64,000 bases of DNA, taken from the NCBI GenBank assembly GCA_000004695.1, contig CM000154.2, positions 2,496,001-2,560,000 on the forward strand, written 5' to 3'. The number at the start of each line of letters is the position of its first letter. The first letter of the stretch is position 1. The notes under the pieces were generated by a model. It saw nothing but the letters and a program-made list of their open reading frames with translations, did not search any database and was not told the DNA's origin. The position numbers were made by a program, and so were the translations under genes. Source of the DNA: Dictyostelium discoideum (lineage: Eukaryota). Of this stretch, positions 1-12,265 are shown in pieces.

Positions 1-1264
1 AAACACCTTGGTCAAAAGTTATTAGTGCTGATTCAGGAAGTGACCATTCAAAAATTTCTTATCAATTCAATAATATAGATAAAGTAGATAGCGGTGGCGG
101 TGGTGGGACTATTTGCTTTGGTGATTTAAATTGGCAAAGAAAGCAAGAGGCACGTGGAGGTGGTGCTTTTTGTAGTGATAAAATGAAATATCTTTCTGAA
201 TACTTTTACAGAAGAGTTGGTATAATTAGACACCCAGAGGAAAATCAATATCTTAAAAAAGAATTATTAAGATTAAATAGCATTGCAGGTCAAAAGTTGA
301 ATTTAAACGGATTAATAACTAAATATCCAAAGGAACTCAAAGTCATTTTAGGTGACAGAAAGCTAGACTTTGAAACCAAGGTTAAAGGTTATGGAGATGA
401 TGAAAAATACTATCATTTGAATCCATTTATTATCGTTTACAATAATGAAAAAGATGAAGATAAATTATTTTCAAATGAATATAATTATGGTTATGACAAT
501 GTTTATATTCCACTATTAACCCAACTTAAGGATCAAACTTCAACAAATAAATACAAATCAGAGTTATTCGATTTCAATGTGTTTCCATCAATTAAAAGGG
601 AAATTATTTTATGTGATGATAATGATGTCACTTGTAGATTTGAAAAATCCAAATCTTACCAATTGTATAAAGATATCTATGTTGAATCAACATTAACAGT
701 TACTTTAAAAGATAGACGTGTAAACGATGAAACAGAAAATACAATTGTTGTACCAACATCAACAGTCACACCTTTCCCAGACAAGATATATATCGATTTA
801 AAAACTGTGGATTCAGTTAAAAGACTCTATGAAAAATTGAATTTTAAAAAAAATGAAAACATCATTCAATTGAAAGAAGTCAATATAGAAGATTTAGAAA
901 AATTTAAATTCCCAGATGAAGGCGATCAAAGTGATAGCGAAGAAGGTCATGATGATAAAGATTATAATGAAATTAATAAAAAAATATGTAAAGCTTATCC
1001 AAGTGATACAGATTCAAAAATCATTAATTATCATCCGGATTGTCAAGATCATCTTATCTATTGTATTCTCTTAACAGAAAATAAACATGGTGATCTACAA
1101 AATATCAATTCCATTGAAGAGTTTAGAAAAGTTTTGGGTGAATATACCGAAGGTGTAAGTATTAAATTTATTTTATTTTAATTTAATTTTTTTAAAATTT
1201 AACTAATTCCAAAAATAAAATTTTTTAGTTTTTAAAATTGGATAAATGGTGCATTAAGAAATAA
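1..1264 (+). CDS. Hypothetical protein, 5'-partial (the gene starts upstream of the window). Exon 3..1154, and a candidate short terminal exon 1229..1264.
   Basis: The frame of the 183..1181 ORF stays open back to base 3, so the CDS enters from the window edge. The ORF ends at a consensus donor GGT|GTAAGT (1155). A plausible acceptor TTTTTTAG ends at 1228, followed by 11 codons and TAA. I recognise no family. Confidence 0.4.
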
Positions 1265-1717
1265 AAAAAAAAATTCTATTTTAAAATAAATATCACATTT
1301 AATTTTTTTTTAATGGTTAATCAAATAAAAAAATGAAGCTTGAAAATATGAAGATGGATGCCATAATTGAATTACTGTAGCCAGATTTTCTAATTATTCT
1401 TTTTGATTTAAACCATTGAATTTATCATTTTTTTGATTTTTAATTTCATCCTGTTTATCTTTTTCTAGTTTTTCTATTTCTTTTTTAATTTTGCTTTTAC
1501 CTTTACTATTACTATTACTATTAATAAAATATTAATTGGATAGTTAGCTATAATTTGACCCCTTGAATGTTACAAAAAGGTTAAAAATAATTTAGTTTTT
1601 TTATTAAAAAATTAAAATTAATTAGAAATATTCAGAGGAATAATTAATATTAATATTAGTAAACAATAATTAAAATGTTATACATGTAAAAACACTAAAA
1701 ATGAATTTTGTATCAAA

Positions 1718-3637
1718 TTAAATTATTGATAAAACCATGTTTTTATTTTGTTTTAATGCAAACATAAGTTGAATATGAAACTGAATAAGTGGAGTTTTTA
1801 TGGTATTATCTGTGCATGTTAGATAAGTTGAAAGATCATAATGAAGTTCTTTTTCATTTGTTGGACATTTGACATTAGTTCCAATCGTTGGTTGGAGATC
1901 TATTGAATATGGATTGGCTGAATCATAAATACATTTGGAATCATCATCAATTGATGGAGTTGGTGGTAATGTTGGTTCTGGAATTATGTTATCATCTTGT
2001 GATGGTTGAGATTTCATTGTACATCTATAGTATGGATAATCTGTGGTGCATGTAATTGAGTTCTTATAGAAAAAGATTTTAGAATGTCAATATAATCTTT
2101 TTCAGATACAGATGATACCCGTATCTGCTAAACAAGAAATCGTATTATTATCTTGACTTAATGATTCATCTTTTGAACATGAAAGTGTAGTATTCATAAT
2201 GAAGTAATTTTCAGTTTCATTATTATAACATCTTAATGGACTATTATTAGAGTGTGTTGATAATGAATTTTCAATGAGATTATATTGACATTCTAAAATA
2301 TTTGAATATTCATCATCTTCAATTGGATCGGATTAATTTTAATAGAAGTTTCTGTTTTTTCAATGGTTGTTGTTGGTTTATTATTAAATTTAACAACAAT
2401 TTCATCAGATCCATCATCATATTCTATAAAGTTATTACCAATAAAATTGGCTTCTCATATGAGAAGTAAACGGTTTCATTTGAATCTTGATTACCAACTT
2501 TAATAATAGTATTGAATTTATGGTTTTATTTTCATTCTGGTTGTAATGATCTGGTAACTCTTTTGGAATAAAGTTATTACCTGTTATTATAATTTCATTG
2601 TTACCATCTGTTGAAGAATAGTAATGTGTTTCATTTCCAGTGGAATTATTGATTGTATCAAGTTTTGGTGGATCGTAAGAATACAAATAATCAGTATGAT
2701 TTGGTGATTGAAGGCCTACTTTTACAATGATTGTATGATTAACACCAATTCCTGGTGGGATTGTACAATTTAATTCATAGGAACTGGTCCAATTAATTGA
2801 TTGACAAAGATAGCTTTCACCAATTAATATTTCTGATTGATTTAACCATTGTGCAATAGTTTCATTGTTTTCATAGTATGGACTTAAATTTTCGAATGGT
2901 AAAAAGTTGTAACCATTTATAACGATAACCTCACCACCATCAGTGTTTGTTGATAAAGAGTTTTGTGTTAATTTTTCAATCCATGGTTCATAATAAGAGT
3001 AGGTGAAAGTTTGGTTTTGGTATTCTGAAATTTTGATACTGATTGATTTATCTATACCAATCGAATCAGCTAAAATACAATTTACTATATCAAAGTTTTC
3101 ATCGATATATTGATAATTATTATATTTTAAATATTGACAAATTCCTTGATCTTTTATATCTATATCTTCAATAATTTCTAAACTTTCACAGAAATCGAAT
3201 TCGCAACTTGCATAAAACTCTTGATTGATAATAATATCCACTTGTTCTGCAATGTATGTACCTAAACCTCTACCTATTACTGTGAAATAATTTGTACCTG
3301 TTGTGTTTAATTTTGATTCATAATTTGAAAGAATGACTTGGTCTATAATTGGTGAAGGATAACTAAATGATATTTCTTCTAAACTGTATTGATCATCTGA
3401 ATGAACAACTACAAGTCCACTAATAAATCCAAATGGTGCTGAAGCAATAATCTCTTGGTTTGAAATGAATTCAATATCATTTATTAATATGTCTCCAATT
3501 TTTACTGATTGACCTTTTCTAAAATTATTACCATTAATTGTAACTTTTGTATTGTAATCTCCATTTGTTGGTAATATACTATTAATAATTGGTCTTTCAA
3601 ATGAAAATTCTAAATTAATATCATCGTTTATAAACAT
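1718..3637 (-). pseudogene. Remnant of an IPT/TIG-repeat cell-surface protein gene (Dictyostelium tiger/Tgr-like). The ORF 2435..3637 is intact, but the 3' part is disrupted by frame breaks.
   Basis: The 400-aa ORF contains repeated IPT/TIG-like strands (motifs ...VTINGNNF.., VIVINGYNF.., IIITGNNF.., then FIGNNFIEYDDGSDEIVVKF in a different frame). Below 2435 the coding signal jumps between all three frames, with in-frame stops at ~2300 and ~2440, before the final 99-aa ORF 1718..2017. The pieces lack both a signal peptide and a TM/tail region. Confidence 0.4.
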
Positions 3638-3740
3638 CGGTAAACTATCACTATAAAATAATTGAATGAAACTGTAAAAAAATATTTTTAAATATTAATA
3701 AATATTAATAAATTTTTTTTTTTAATTTTTTTTTTTTCAC

Positions 3741-4400
3741 TTACTTTAAAGAACCTAAACCAGAAGCAATAAATGAAAATGAATCAACTCCATTTATGCT
3801 TGTTAATCCAAATATAGTATCAGTTAATTCAAGATCATCAATAAAAACTTTGATTGTTAAAATATTATTTAAAATAATTGATTTATTTTTTGGTAAATCG
3901 TTGTCATTTCCTTTTGAATATAGTTTATCGCAAATGGATAATACTCTATCCAATGTTTTTAAATCTGCTCTAATTGTTGAAAGTTCAATGGCTCGAGGGT
4001 ATTGGGCAAGTTTTCCTAATGCAATTTCGTCATCTTGAAATAATTTATCATTTTCAATATTATCAAAAAAATAATTTAAAGATGTAAACTATATCTACTA
4101 TAATAATAATTTCGGTTGGATCTTCACCTTCTTTTTCATTTCCAAATTCTTTTTTTTTTGCCATTTTTTTCTTTTTTTTTTTTTTTTCTCCTTTTCTGTA
4201 TCATCCACATCACTCTCTTTTGGAATTTCTTGGTCTATTATTTTCATTATCCTCTTCATCTTTTTTAGTTTTTAATTTTTTTGATATTCTTTTTTTTTTA
4301 GTAATTAGTGAATTGATTGAATTTAAATCAATTGTTTCACCTTTTCCCCTTTTTTTTTTTGGAAAGTTCATCATTATAATCCATTTGTTTTTAAAAAATA
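3741..4400 (-). pseudogene. Partial, rearranged duplicate of the neighbouring gene 4724..7600. It carries a copy of that gene's 5' end/start region plus an internal segment, and lies directly upstream of the Tgr-like remnant.
   Basis: About 4110-4400 is nearly identical to ~7530-7800, including the ATG region, 5' flank and the motif ...gtaattagtgaattgattgaatttaaatcaattgtttcacc.... About 3890-4080 is nearly identical to ~5040-5230 and encodes ...STIRADLKTLDRVL(S/A)IC(D/E)KLYSKGNDN.... The 70-aa ORF 3741..3953 ends AAG|GTAAGTG and would splice in phase (2+1) onto the 2435..3637 ORF through acceptor TTTTTTACAG at ~3669. Confidence 0.45.
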
Positions 4401-4723
4401 ATTATTGGTGTGTTTGTGATTTTGGTGTTTTAAAAAAAAAAAAAAAAAAAAAAAGAAGTAAAAAAAAAAATAAAAAATAAAAATAAAAAAAACTGGGTCC
4501 AAGATAAAAAAAATTTGAATTTCTGATAAAAAAAATTATTTTCTTGGTTTTTTCTCTGTTTTTCAAATTTCCTCTTAAAAATATTTTATTTTTAATTTCT
4601 AAAAAATAAATAATAATAATAATAATAAAAATTCATATTTAAAGGTTTAAAAAAAAAAATAAAATAAAATAAAATAAAAAATAAAAAAAATCAAATAAAC
4701 AAATTAATAATTAACTAAAATCT

Positions 4724-7600
4724 TTATTTAAATCTATCTTGAAAATGAAAATAAATTGGTTTGGATGAATGTTTTTCAAATTGTATTTTTGTGATTATAA
4801 TAGTTGATAAGAGGAGATTTGTAAGTTTAATATTGTAATGACGTAAAGATATAAACACCAATTCACGTAAGTCATTTTGTGTAAATATACCATTTCTAAA
4901 ACTATCATTTGAGTTTAATTTTGATTTTGAATCTGTTTTCTTTTTAAAGATATACATATGATTTGATATAAGATATTCTATTGTGAAAATTTGTTGTTGA
5001 GAAACTGCAATTATTAAAATATTATAAAAAATAATTGATTCTATTTTTGATAAATTATTGTCATTTCCTTTTGAATATAGTTTCTCACAAATGGCTAATA
5101 CTCTATCCAATGTTTTTAAATCTGCTCTAATTGTTGAAAGTTCAATGACATGTTGGTATTGAATAAATTCTTCTAATGTAATTTCGTCATCTTGAAATAA
5201 TTTATCATTTTCAATATTATCAAAATAATAATTTAAAAGATGTAAACTATATCTACTTATATGACTATTTCTTGGTGAAAGATCTTGATAAATTTTAAAA
5301 GCAATACGAAGAGATTTAAGTGGGATTAAATTAAAATATCGACTCATAAAGTGGTCATCAATTTTTGGCCAATTTGGAAAACTTTGAACTATTTTAACTT
5401 GATCAATTAAACATTGGCAATAATCACTGTGATTTTCATAAAAATCTATTGGTTTAAATTGTAAAATTTTCTCTAAATTATATTTGTATGGATTTTTAAA
5501 AACATATTTAATAAAAGATACTGATAGTTTGGCCTGAGGGGAAAATGTTATTAATCTATAATATAAACTTTTATTTGCAATCATCATTTCGAGGTGTTTG
5601 GAATATTTTGGGTCTGCCATATTTGCAGTAAATGAAAAATGATGTAATTTGTTGAATAAATATTCAAACATTTCAATTGATTTGATATTTTCGAAAATTG
5701 AATGTTCACTTAATTGTTCATTCTGATCAGTTTTTTGAGCAACAATTAAACTTTTATTGACTCTAGAAAAAAAATAATCTACCAACTCTAAATTATTATT
5801 TTTAACAAGTAACATTAATAAAAAAATTGGAAATAATTTTTCGTTACTTGATGTAAGAATATCATTGATTAAATTATCTATTAATTCAATTTGAGATTCT
5901 TTTTTTGGACATTTTTTAAAAAGAATAAAGTTTTCATTTATAAAAAAGTATATATAAAGATTATCATCAATTTTAGATTTATATGTAAGGTCATCAAAAG
6001 AACATGTGGACCATATTCTATAATTTGCGTGTTCTAATATAATTTTTCCAAATGCGAATATATTTCTCGTTTCGACTGATATACTATTTAAAAGTTGGTA
6101 CAAATTAAAATCTTCTTTAACTTTAAATTCTCCTCTATAACAAATAAAGTATTCAACAAACCAATGTGATCTTGGATTGTTTACAATATGATAAATACTT
6201 AATAGTTTAGATATGGTTTCATTTTCTTTACATTGGTAATTAATTGGATGATAAACACTTGATTCTAGTTGATCATTTGAAAATGTTGATTTAATAAATT
6301 CAATTTTATTTTTAAATTCATCAATTAATAATTCAATTTCATTGCTATTGAATGACTCCTCTTTATGCCATGGATATTTAAATTGAATAGCAAGTTTTTT
6401 AAATGTTTCCCAATAATCTAATGAATCGAAAAAAGTGATCAATTCTATTAATGTTTTTAAATTTTCTTTTTTTTCAGATTTAAATAAATCAAATAAAATC
6501 CTAATGAGACTTGGAATTGCAGTATCTGAATGTTTTTCATTGGTTTTTAATAAGTTGATTAAATATTTTATTGTGTCATAATATTCATCATCTCTAGAAT
6601 TATAATTATAATTATAATTATAATTATAAATACTATAACTAAAATAATCAGAATTACTATAATAATATGAAATACCAGATACAATATTATCAATATTATT
6701 TTCAATTTCTCCATTGAAAATATGTGGTAATATAAGTTTAATAAATTCAAGTCTATAATCAGAGATTGAAGCCTTTAAATCTTGCATTGTTGGTGTGTAT
6801 AATGAATTTTCAATTAAAACTTGTAAACCTACAATACAATTTGCTGCTTTTAATTGATCTACTATAATTCCAAATTTATTATTATTGTCTAAAAATGGAA
6901 TTTGATCTTTATAATTTTTGCAAAGATTTCTATAAAATTCTTTATCATCTTGAATTTTTAAAAATATTTCATACCATCCCATTGTTTTTTCTACACGATT
7001 TAAAGTATGAAATACCTTTGGAAAAAATGATAAATATTTATTTGATTTTACTTTATCTTTTAAAATACTAATTTGATTATTTTTTAACATTGAGTCTACT
7101 GATACAATATGATCATATTGAATCATTGAGATTGTTAATGTCTGAGTGTGTAACATTATAGTTTTAAAAATTGATTTGTTTTTAAAAACTTTCCAAAATA
7201 ATAATTCATTTTCTCCATCTTTACCACCAATTGGAATAACTAATGAACCAAATGTATTTTTATTGAATGGATTGATATTATCTCTTTTAATTTTATTTTC
7301 AATGATTTCATTATTGATTTTTATAAAATTTTTTATTATTTCAATTAAGTCATGTTTTTTAATACCATTTTCAAATAAACCAATTGAGGTTGCAATGAAT
7401 TTAATTTCTTCTAAATTTTTATATTCTAGTTTATCGATTTTAACCTGATCCCATTTTATTGGTTTAGAATAATCAATTGGATCTTCATCTTCTTTTAAAG
7501 AGTCAATTGGGTCTTCATCTTCTTTTAAAGAGTCAATTGGATCTTCATCTTCTTTTTCATTTTCCAATTGTTTTTTTTTCTCCTTTTCTGTATCATCCAC
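4724..7600 (-). CDS. Hypothetical protein of 958 aa, single exon. The N-terminus has three tandem copies of KEDEDPIDSL, and there is an internal (YN)5 run.
   Basis: One uninterrupted ORF from ATG (7600) to the stop (4724). The start context is A-rich. The composition is Dictyostelium-like (N/K/I-rich). I recognise no family. It is the parent of the partial duplicate at 3741..4400. Confidence 0.6.
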   Translation of the reverse strand: MDDTEKEKKKQLENEKEDEDPIDSLKEDEDPIDSLKEDEDPIDYSKPIKWDQVKIDKLEYKNLEEIKFIATSIGLFENGIKKHDLIEIIKNFIKINNEIIENKIKRDNINPFNKNTFGSLVIPIGGKDGENELLFWKVFKNKSIFKTIMLHTQTLTISMIQYDHIVSVDSMLKNNQISILKDKVKSNKYLSFFPKVFHTLNRVEKTMGWYEIFLKIQDDKEFYRNLCKNYKDQIPFLDNNNKFGIIVDQLKAANCIVGLQVLIENSLYTPTMQDLKASISDYRLEFIKLILPHIFNGEIENNIDNIVSGISYYYSNSDYFSYSIYNYNYNYNYNSRDDEYYDTIKYLINLLKTNEKHSDTAIPSLIRILFDLFKSEKKENLKTLIELITFFDSLDYWETFKKLAIQFKYPWHKEESFNSNEIELLIDEFKNKIEFIKSTFSNDQLESSVYHPINYQCKENETISKLLSIYHIVNNPRSHWFVEYFICYRGEFKVKEDFNLYQLLNSISVETRNIFAFGKIILEHANYRIWSTCSFDDLTYKSKIDDNLYIYFFINENFILFKKCPKKESQIELIDNLINDILTSSNEKLFPIFLLMLLVKNNNLELVDYFFSRVNKSLIVAQKTDQNEQLSEHSIFENIKSIEMFEYLFNKLHHFSFTANMADPKYSKHLEMMIANKSLYYRLITFSPQAKLSVSFIKYVFKNPYKYNLEKILQFKPIDFYENHSDYCQCLIDQVKIVQSFPNWPKIDDHFMSRYFNLIPLKSLRIAFKIYQDLSPRNSHISRYSLHLLNYYFDNIENDKLFQDDEITLEEFIQYQHVIELSTIRADLKTLDRVLAICEKLYSKGNDNNLSKIESIIFYNILIIAVSQQQIFTIEYLISNHMYIFKKKTDSKSKLNSNDSFRNGIFTQNDLRELVFISLRHYNIKLTNLLLSTIIITKIQFEKHSSKPIYFHFQDRFK

Positions 7601-7821
7601 ATCAGTCTCTTTTGGAATTTCTTGGTCTATTATTTTATTTTCATCTTCCTCTTCATCTTTTTTAGTTTTTGATATTCTTTTTTTTTTTAGTAATTAGTGA
7701 ATTGATTGAATTTAAATCAATTGTTTCACCTTTTCCCCTTTTTTTTTTGGAAAATTCAGATAATAAATTATAATCCATTTGTTTTTAAAAAATAAAATTA
7801 ATTTGTTTGTTATTATTAAAC

Positions 7822-7852
<31 letters not shown>

Positions 7853-7874
7853 TACTGACAAAAATTTGTCAAAG

Positions 7875-7913
<39 letters not shown>

Positions 7914-8134
7914 AATTAAATATAGTGTTGAAATTTTTACATCGACCAAACTTAAAAAAACAGGTTTTTATTCTTTAAAAAAACTTCCTCTTATAGAATA
8001 TTATATTTTTGGTTTTTATTTTATTTTTTAATTTAAAAAATAAAATAATTGGTATAAAAAAAAGAAATGATTTTGAAATCTTGGATATTTTTTTTTTTTT
8101 TTTTTTCTTTATATATATTTATTTTATTTTATTT

Positions 8135-9958
8135 TCAAATTTTAAAATTATCAAATTGATTATTTTTATCAATTAAAGAACAATCATTCAAATAATTTAA
8201 AATATGCTCGAGTATTAAATAGTCGCCACTTCTTGGTAAAGGTTGTAATTTTTGATTTGAGAATCTCATTGAAGATTGTGGTGAATGATTTGGAGTGGCT
8301 AAAGGAGTTGCCAATGGTGTTAAATTTGAAGAAGGGATTGGAATTGTTGAAGCTGGTGTTGAATTTGTAAATAAATTAAAAGATGGTGGAATGGGTTGTT
8401 TTATTGATGAATAAAATTTAAGTGTTTCATTCAATGTCATTGCTTTTCCTAATAATTCTCTAAGTTTATCCTCTAAAAACATTATACAAGTTTCTGGTGG
8501 CATTCCAATTGTCCAAAAATAAACTATTGATGATAAAACTGATGATATATAATCTGATGATACACCATTTAATACTTTAATATCAGGATATGATACATTA
8601 TTTCTAATTTAAATTTAAAAAATTAAAAAAATTAATATATATATATATATATTTTTACGAAATTAAAATAATAAATAATAAAACAATTTACATTTGAACA
8701 GGAGGATTTGAAGAAAGCCAAAGATTTTCTTTACTACAAATTATAATATCAACTTTACATCTTGTAACATCAGCAATGATAGCATTTGATTCTTTAATTG
8801 GAGAAGAGAAAGGATGATGATCAACCCATAATCTAAGATCTTCAATTAATTTTGGATAGAAATCATCTTTTTGTAATGCCATTATTGAGAAATCACTAAT
8901 ATACTTTGAAGAGCATGTACCAGTTAGTGATCTTGAAATATCGAAAAAGTAATTTGGTAACTTTAAATTTTGTGTTCCAATCGTATAATCTGTATGTTGT
9001 GATTTCGCTGATAATGATAATGATTCATTAAAATGATCATTTAATAATTTACTTGTATTTGATTTAATATGTGATGGATGATGTTGTTGTTGTTGATGAT
9101 TATGTGATGATGATGATGATGATGATGAGGATGGTGATTGTTGTTGTTGTTGTTGTTGTTGATTATCTTGTTGATTATCCAAAAAGTTTATTAAAAATTC
9201 ATTTTCATTATATAATGGTTTATGAGTTTGTTGAGTATTTGATAAAAAGTTTTTATTTATAATTAATTCAAAAGTTCTCCAAAAGTAACTAACTATATTC
9301 AATAATTTCTTTGATAAATCATCCTTTTGAGATAATATTATTAGTTTACTTAGTTTATAATTTCCTCTATTATTTTTACAACCTGGTGAAATACAACCAC
9401 TATATCCATAAATTTGAGATAATTGATAAAGAAATTGATTTTGAAAATTATAATCGTTATTGCATTTTTCATTTGTACATCTAAATGATGGTGAATTTCC
9501 ATTTGCTGATAATATATTACTTAACCATGTTTGATTATATGATAGAATCGTTGAAATTAAATTTGATAAAAAACTAAAATAAAAAATAAAAAAAAAAAAA
9601 AAAAAAGGTTAAAAATCTATACAAACCCCTAATAATTAATAGATACATACAATTTTGATTTTTGAGAATTATAAATTGGTAATAATTCTCTTAAACTTTC
9701 TAATAAAACTACATATGTTTGTCTTTTTGTACTTGGATTTGTTAATGTATCCAACCATAAAGGTTTTTCCAATCTTGGTGCTGTATAAAAATCTTTAATA
9801 TAAACTCTAAATTTTTCAACCTCAGCATATAATTGATTAATTTCTGTAACTCCAAATCCATTTAGCTATTAATAATAAAAAAAAAAAAAAAAATAAAAAA
9901 AAAAAAAATAAAAAAAATAAAAAAAAATAAAAAAAAAAAAAGAATTAGTTTAAAGTGA

Positions 9959-10054
<96 letters not shown>

Positions 10055-10527
10055 ACATACTGAACCATTCTTTGGTAAATTTGTAAATTTTGAATATAAT
10101 TGATTTTTTAATAATTTTACAATAAATTTAATTCTCATATCAATTATTAAAAAATGAGTTATAATAAACTGATGGAAATTTGAAACGGATTCAATGTTTC
10201 CTGGTTTTTTATTATTATCTGATGATGGTGATGGTGATGGTGAAGATGATGATGATGGTGATGATGATGAATTTGGAGTAGTTGTTGTTGTTGGAATTGA
10301 TTTTAATTGTTCAACAGTTGGTCCAAAAATTACACATATTGCAACTGTTAATTTTGTTACTTTTGGTTGTGATAATGGTGATCTTGGTATTCTACCACCA
10401 AGTGATGATGATGATCTTATTCTATTTGATGATGATGATAACGATGCATTATTATGATTAACTCCATTCATATCTTTTGTTGGTGTCGTATGAGGTATAC
10501 CTGTATCTGATGAATTCAAATTTATAC

Positions 10528-10588
<61 letters not shown>

Positions 10589-10775
10589 GGTGTTGGTGCC
10601 ATTTTGGCTATTACTATTATTATCTGCACTATCAGATGATAATACTGAAGCTGTATCAGAGACATTTTTATTTTGTTGTGATAATAAATCTGCTGATGAT
10701 GATGACTGAGTCATTTGCGATTTATTGTTGTTGCTATTGTTACTGTGATTATTATTATTGTTGTTGTTGTTGTTG

Positions 10776-10807
<32 letters not shown>

Positions 10808-11476
10808 GCTACTATTGTTGTTATTATTATTATTATTATTGTTATTGCTACTATTGTTATTGTTACTATTGCTATTGTTACTATTATTACTAGTATGATT
10901 TGGTGAAGAAGGTGCAGAAGATAAATCCAAACTACTATGAGGTGATTTTTCTTCTCTCTTTAAATTTAATGTAAATAATTTTGTAAGTAAAACTTGTTGA
11001 CTATCTGGTAAATAATGTATTTTTGTAGTTGTTCCCTGTATATTCATTGGTACCGTACCAAACATCATTTCTCTTAACATATCAATTTTACCTGTCTAAA
11101 GTAACAATAAGTATGTATTAATATATATATATATATATATATGTATTGATATGTATTGTATATTGATATGTATAATAATAATAATAATAATAATAATTAC
11201 TCTTGTTTGATTTGGAGAAGGTGTAGAAGGTTTACCATTTAAATTAGAATTATTTGTAGAAGTTGGTGAAGGTTTTGTAACAATTGTTGGATTACCACTT
11301 GAATTTAAAATTACTTTTGTAGTTGTACCATTGGTTGTACCTGTAGCCTTTGCTTTATTCTTTAAATAATCAACTTGAAGTGTATCGAATAAGAGTGTAC
11401 TTGAATTTTGATAAACTACAAACCTAATTTGATCATTATTTAATTCAAATTCTGGTGACCTACTACTAAAAATCAT
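8135..11476 (-). CDS. Hypothetical N/Q/S-rich protein of ~958 aa with 5 exons: complement(join(8135..8603,8692..9573,9651..9865,10061..11095,11201..11476)).
   Basis: All four junctions keep the reading phase. Donors are AGA|GTAATT, TCA|GTATGT, TT|GTATGT and AT|GTAAAT. Acceptors are TTACTTTAG, TATTAATAG, TTTTAG and AAATTAG. The (TTTA)n microsatellite lies inside intron 2. An in-phase upstream exon is possible at 11549..11598 (MEGFFKFFRSDSSSNQ, donor AG|GTATTA, acceptor TTTTTAG at 11466). Confidence 0.5.
9957..10052. repeat. (AAAT)n microsatellite of ~24 units, flanked by poly(A)
   Basis: Perfect aaat repeats, read directly. They sit within intron 2 of the 8135..11476 gene. The ORF 9862..10068 is a translation artefact of this repeat. 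Confidence 0.9.
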
Positions 11477-11866
11477 ATTTTATTTTATAGCATTAGAATC
11501 AAACACAAAATAAATAAATAAAAAAAATAATAATAATAACAATAATACCTTTGATTTGAACTTGAATCTGATCTAAAAAATTTAAAAAATCCCTCCATTT
11601 ATGTATTTATATATATATGCGAGTTATTTTATTTTTTATTTTTTTTATTTTTTTTTTTTTGGATGTATGATGTGTTTGAAAAAAAAAAAAAAAAATTGTT
11701 ATAAATACATTAATATATTGTACTAACAATAATTAAATTAGTAATACATATAAAATGTTATTTAGAAACTAAAGAAAATAAAAAAAAAAAAAAAAAAAGA
11801 TGAAAAATAAAAAAAAAAAGTAAAAGACGGGAATTGGGTTAATATATTTTGTGTATCGGGAGAAAT

Positions 11867-11902
<36 letters not shown>

Positions 11903-12165
11903 GAAAAAAAAAAAAAAAATAAAAAAATTTTAAAAAAAAAAAAAAAAAAAAAAAAGATATTTGAGACAAATAAAAGTGAAATTAAAATTTTAAGTGTTTG
12001 ATATATTTACAAAGGTTTATTCTATTTATTTTTTTTTTTTTTGAAAAAAATTATTGCTGTGGGGTTGAAGAAATTAGTAGTTGAATTATTGTTATTACTA
12101 TTATTACTATTATTAATTATCGAGATTAAAAAAAAAAAAAGAAATTAATCTTTTTTTTTTTTGGA

Positions 12166-12197
<32 letters not shown>

Positions 12198-12265
12198 CCT
12201 GGATTTTTTTTTTTTTTTTTTTGATTATAATTTATAATGTACAAATATAATTAGGATCTTCATAA

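Noticed and set aside
3741-3953. Treating 3741..3953 plus 2435..3637 as one confident spliced functional gene
   Set aside because: The splice is in phase and the signals are good. However, the upstream part is a decayed copy of another gene and there is no signal peptide. The downstream Tgr-like ORF itself falls apart into frameshifted pieces. I reported it as a chimeric pseudogene and recorded the splice only as a hypothesis.
9862-10068. ORF-track entries translating as FIYL / FFFF / KKKK / NNNN runs (e.g. 7712..7915, 9862..10068, 11769..11969, 22679..22945, 61587..61784, 63264..63557, 62222..62570)
   Set aside because: They are translation artefacts of homopolymers, (AAAT)n or (AAT)n/(ATT)n repeats, or of the opposite strand of poly-N/Q coding tracts. 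None is a real gene.
11477-11598. Making the additional 5' exon (MEGFFKFFRSDSSSNQ) of the 8135..11476 gene the primary model
   Set aside because: It is in phase and has usable signals (AG|GTATTA ... TTTTTAG). However, MIFSSRSPEF at 11476 also has a good start context, and the donor is weak. I kept it as an alternative in the feature evidence.
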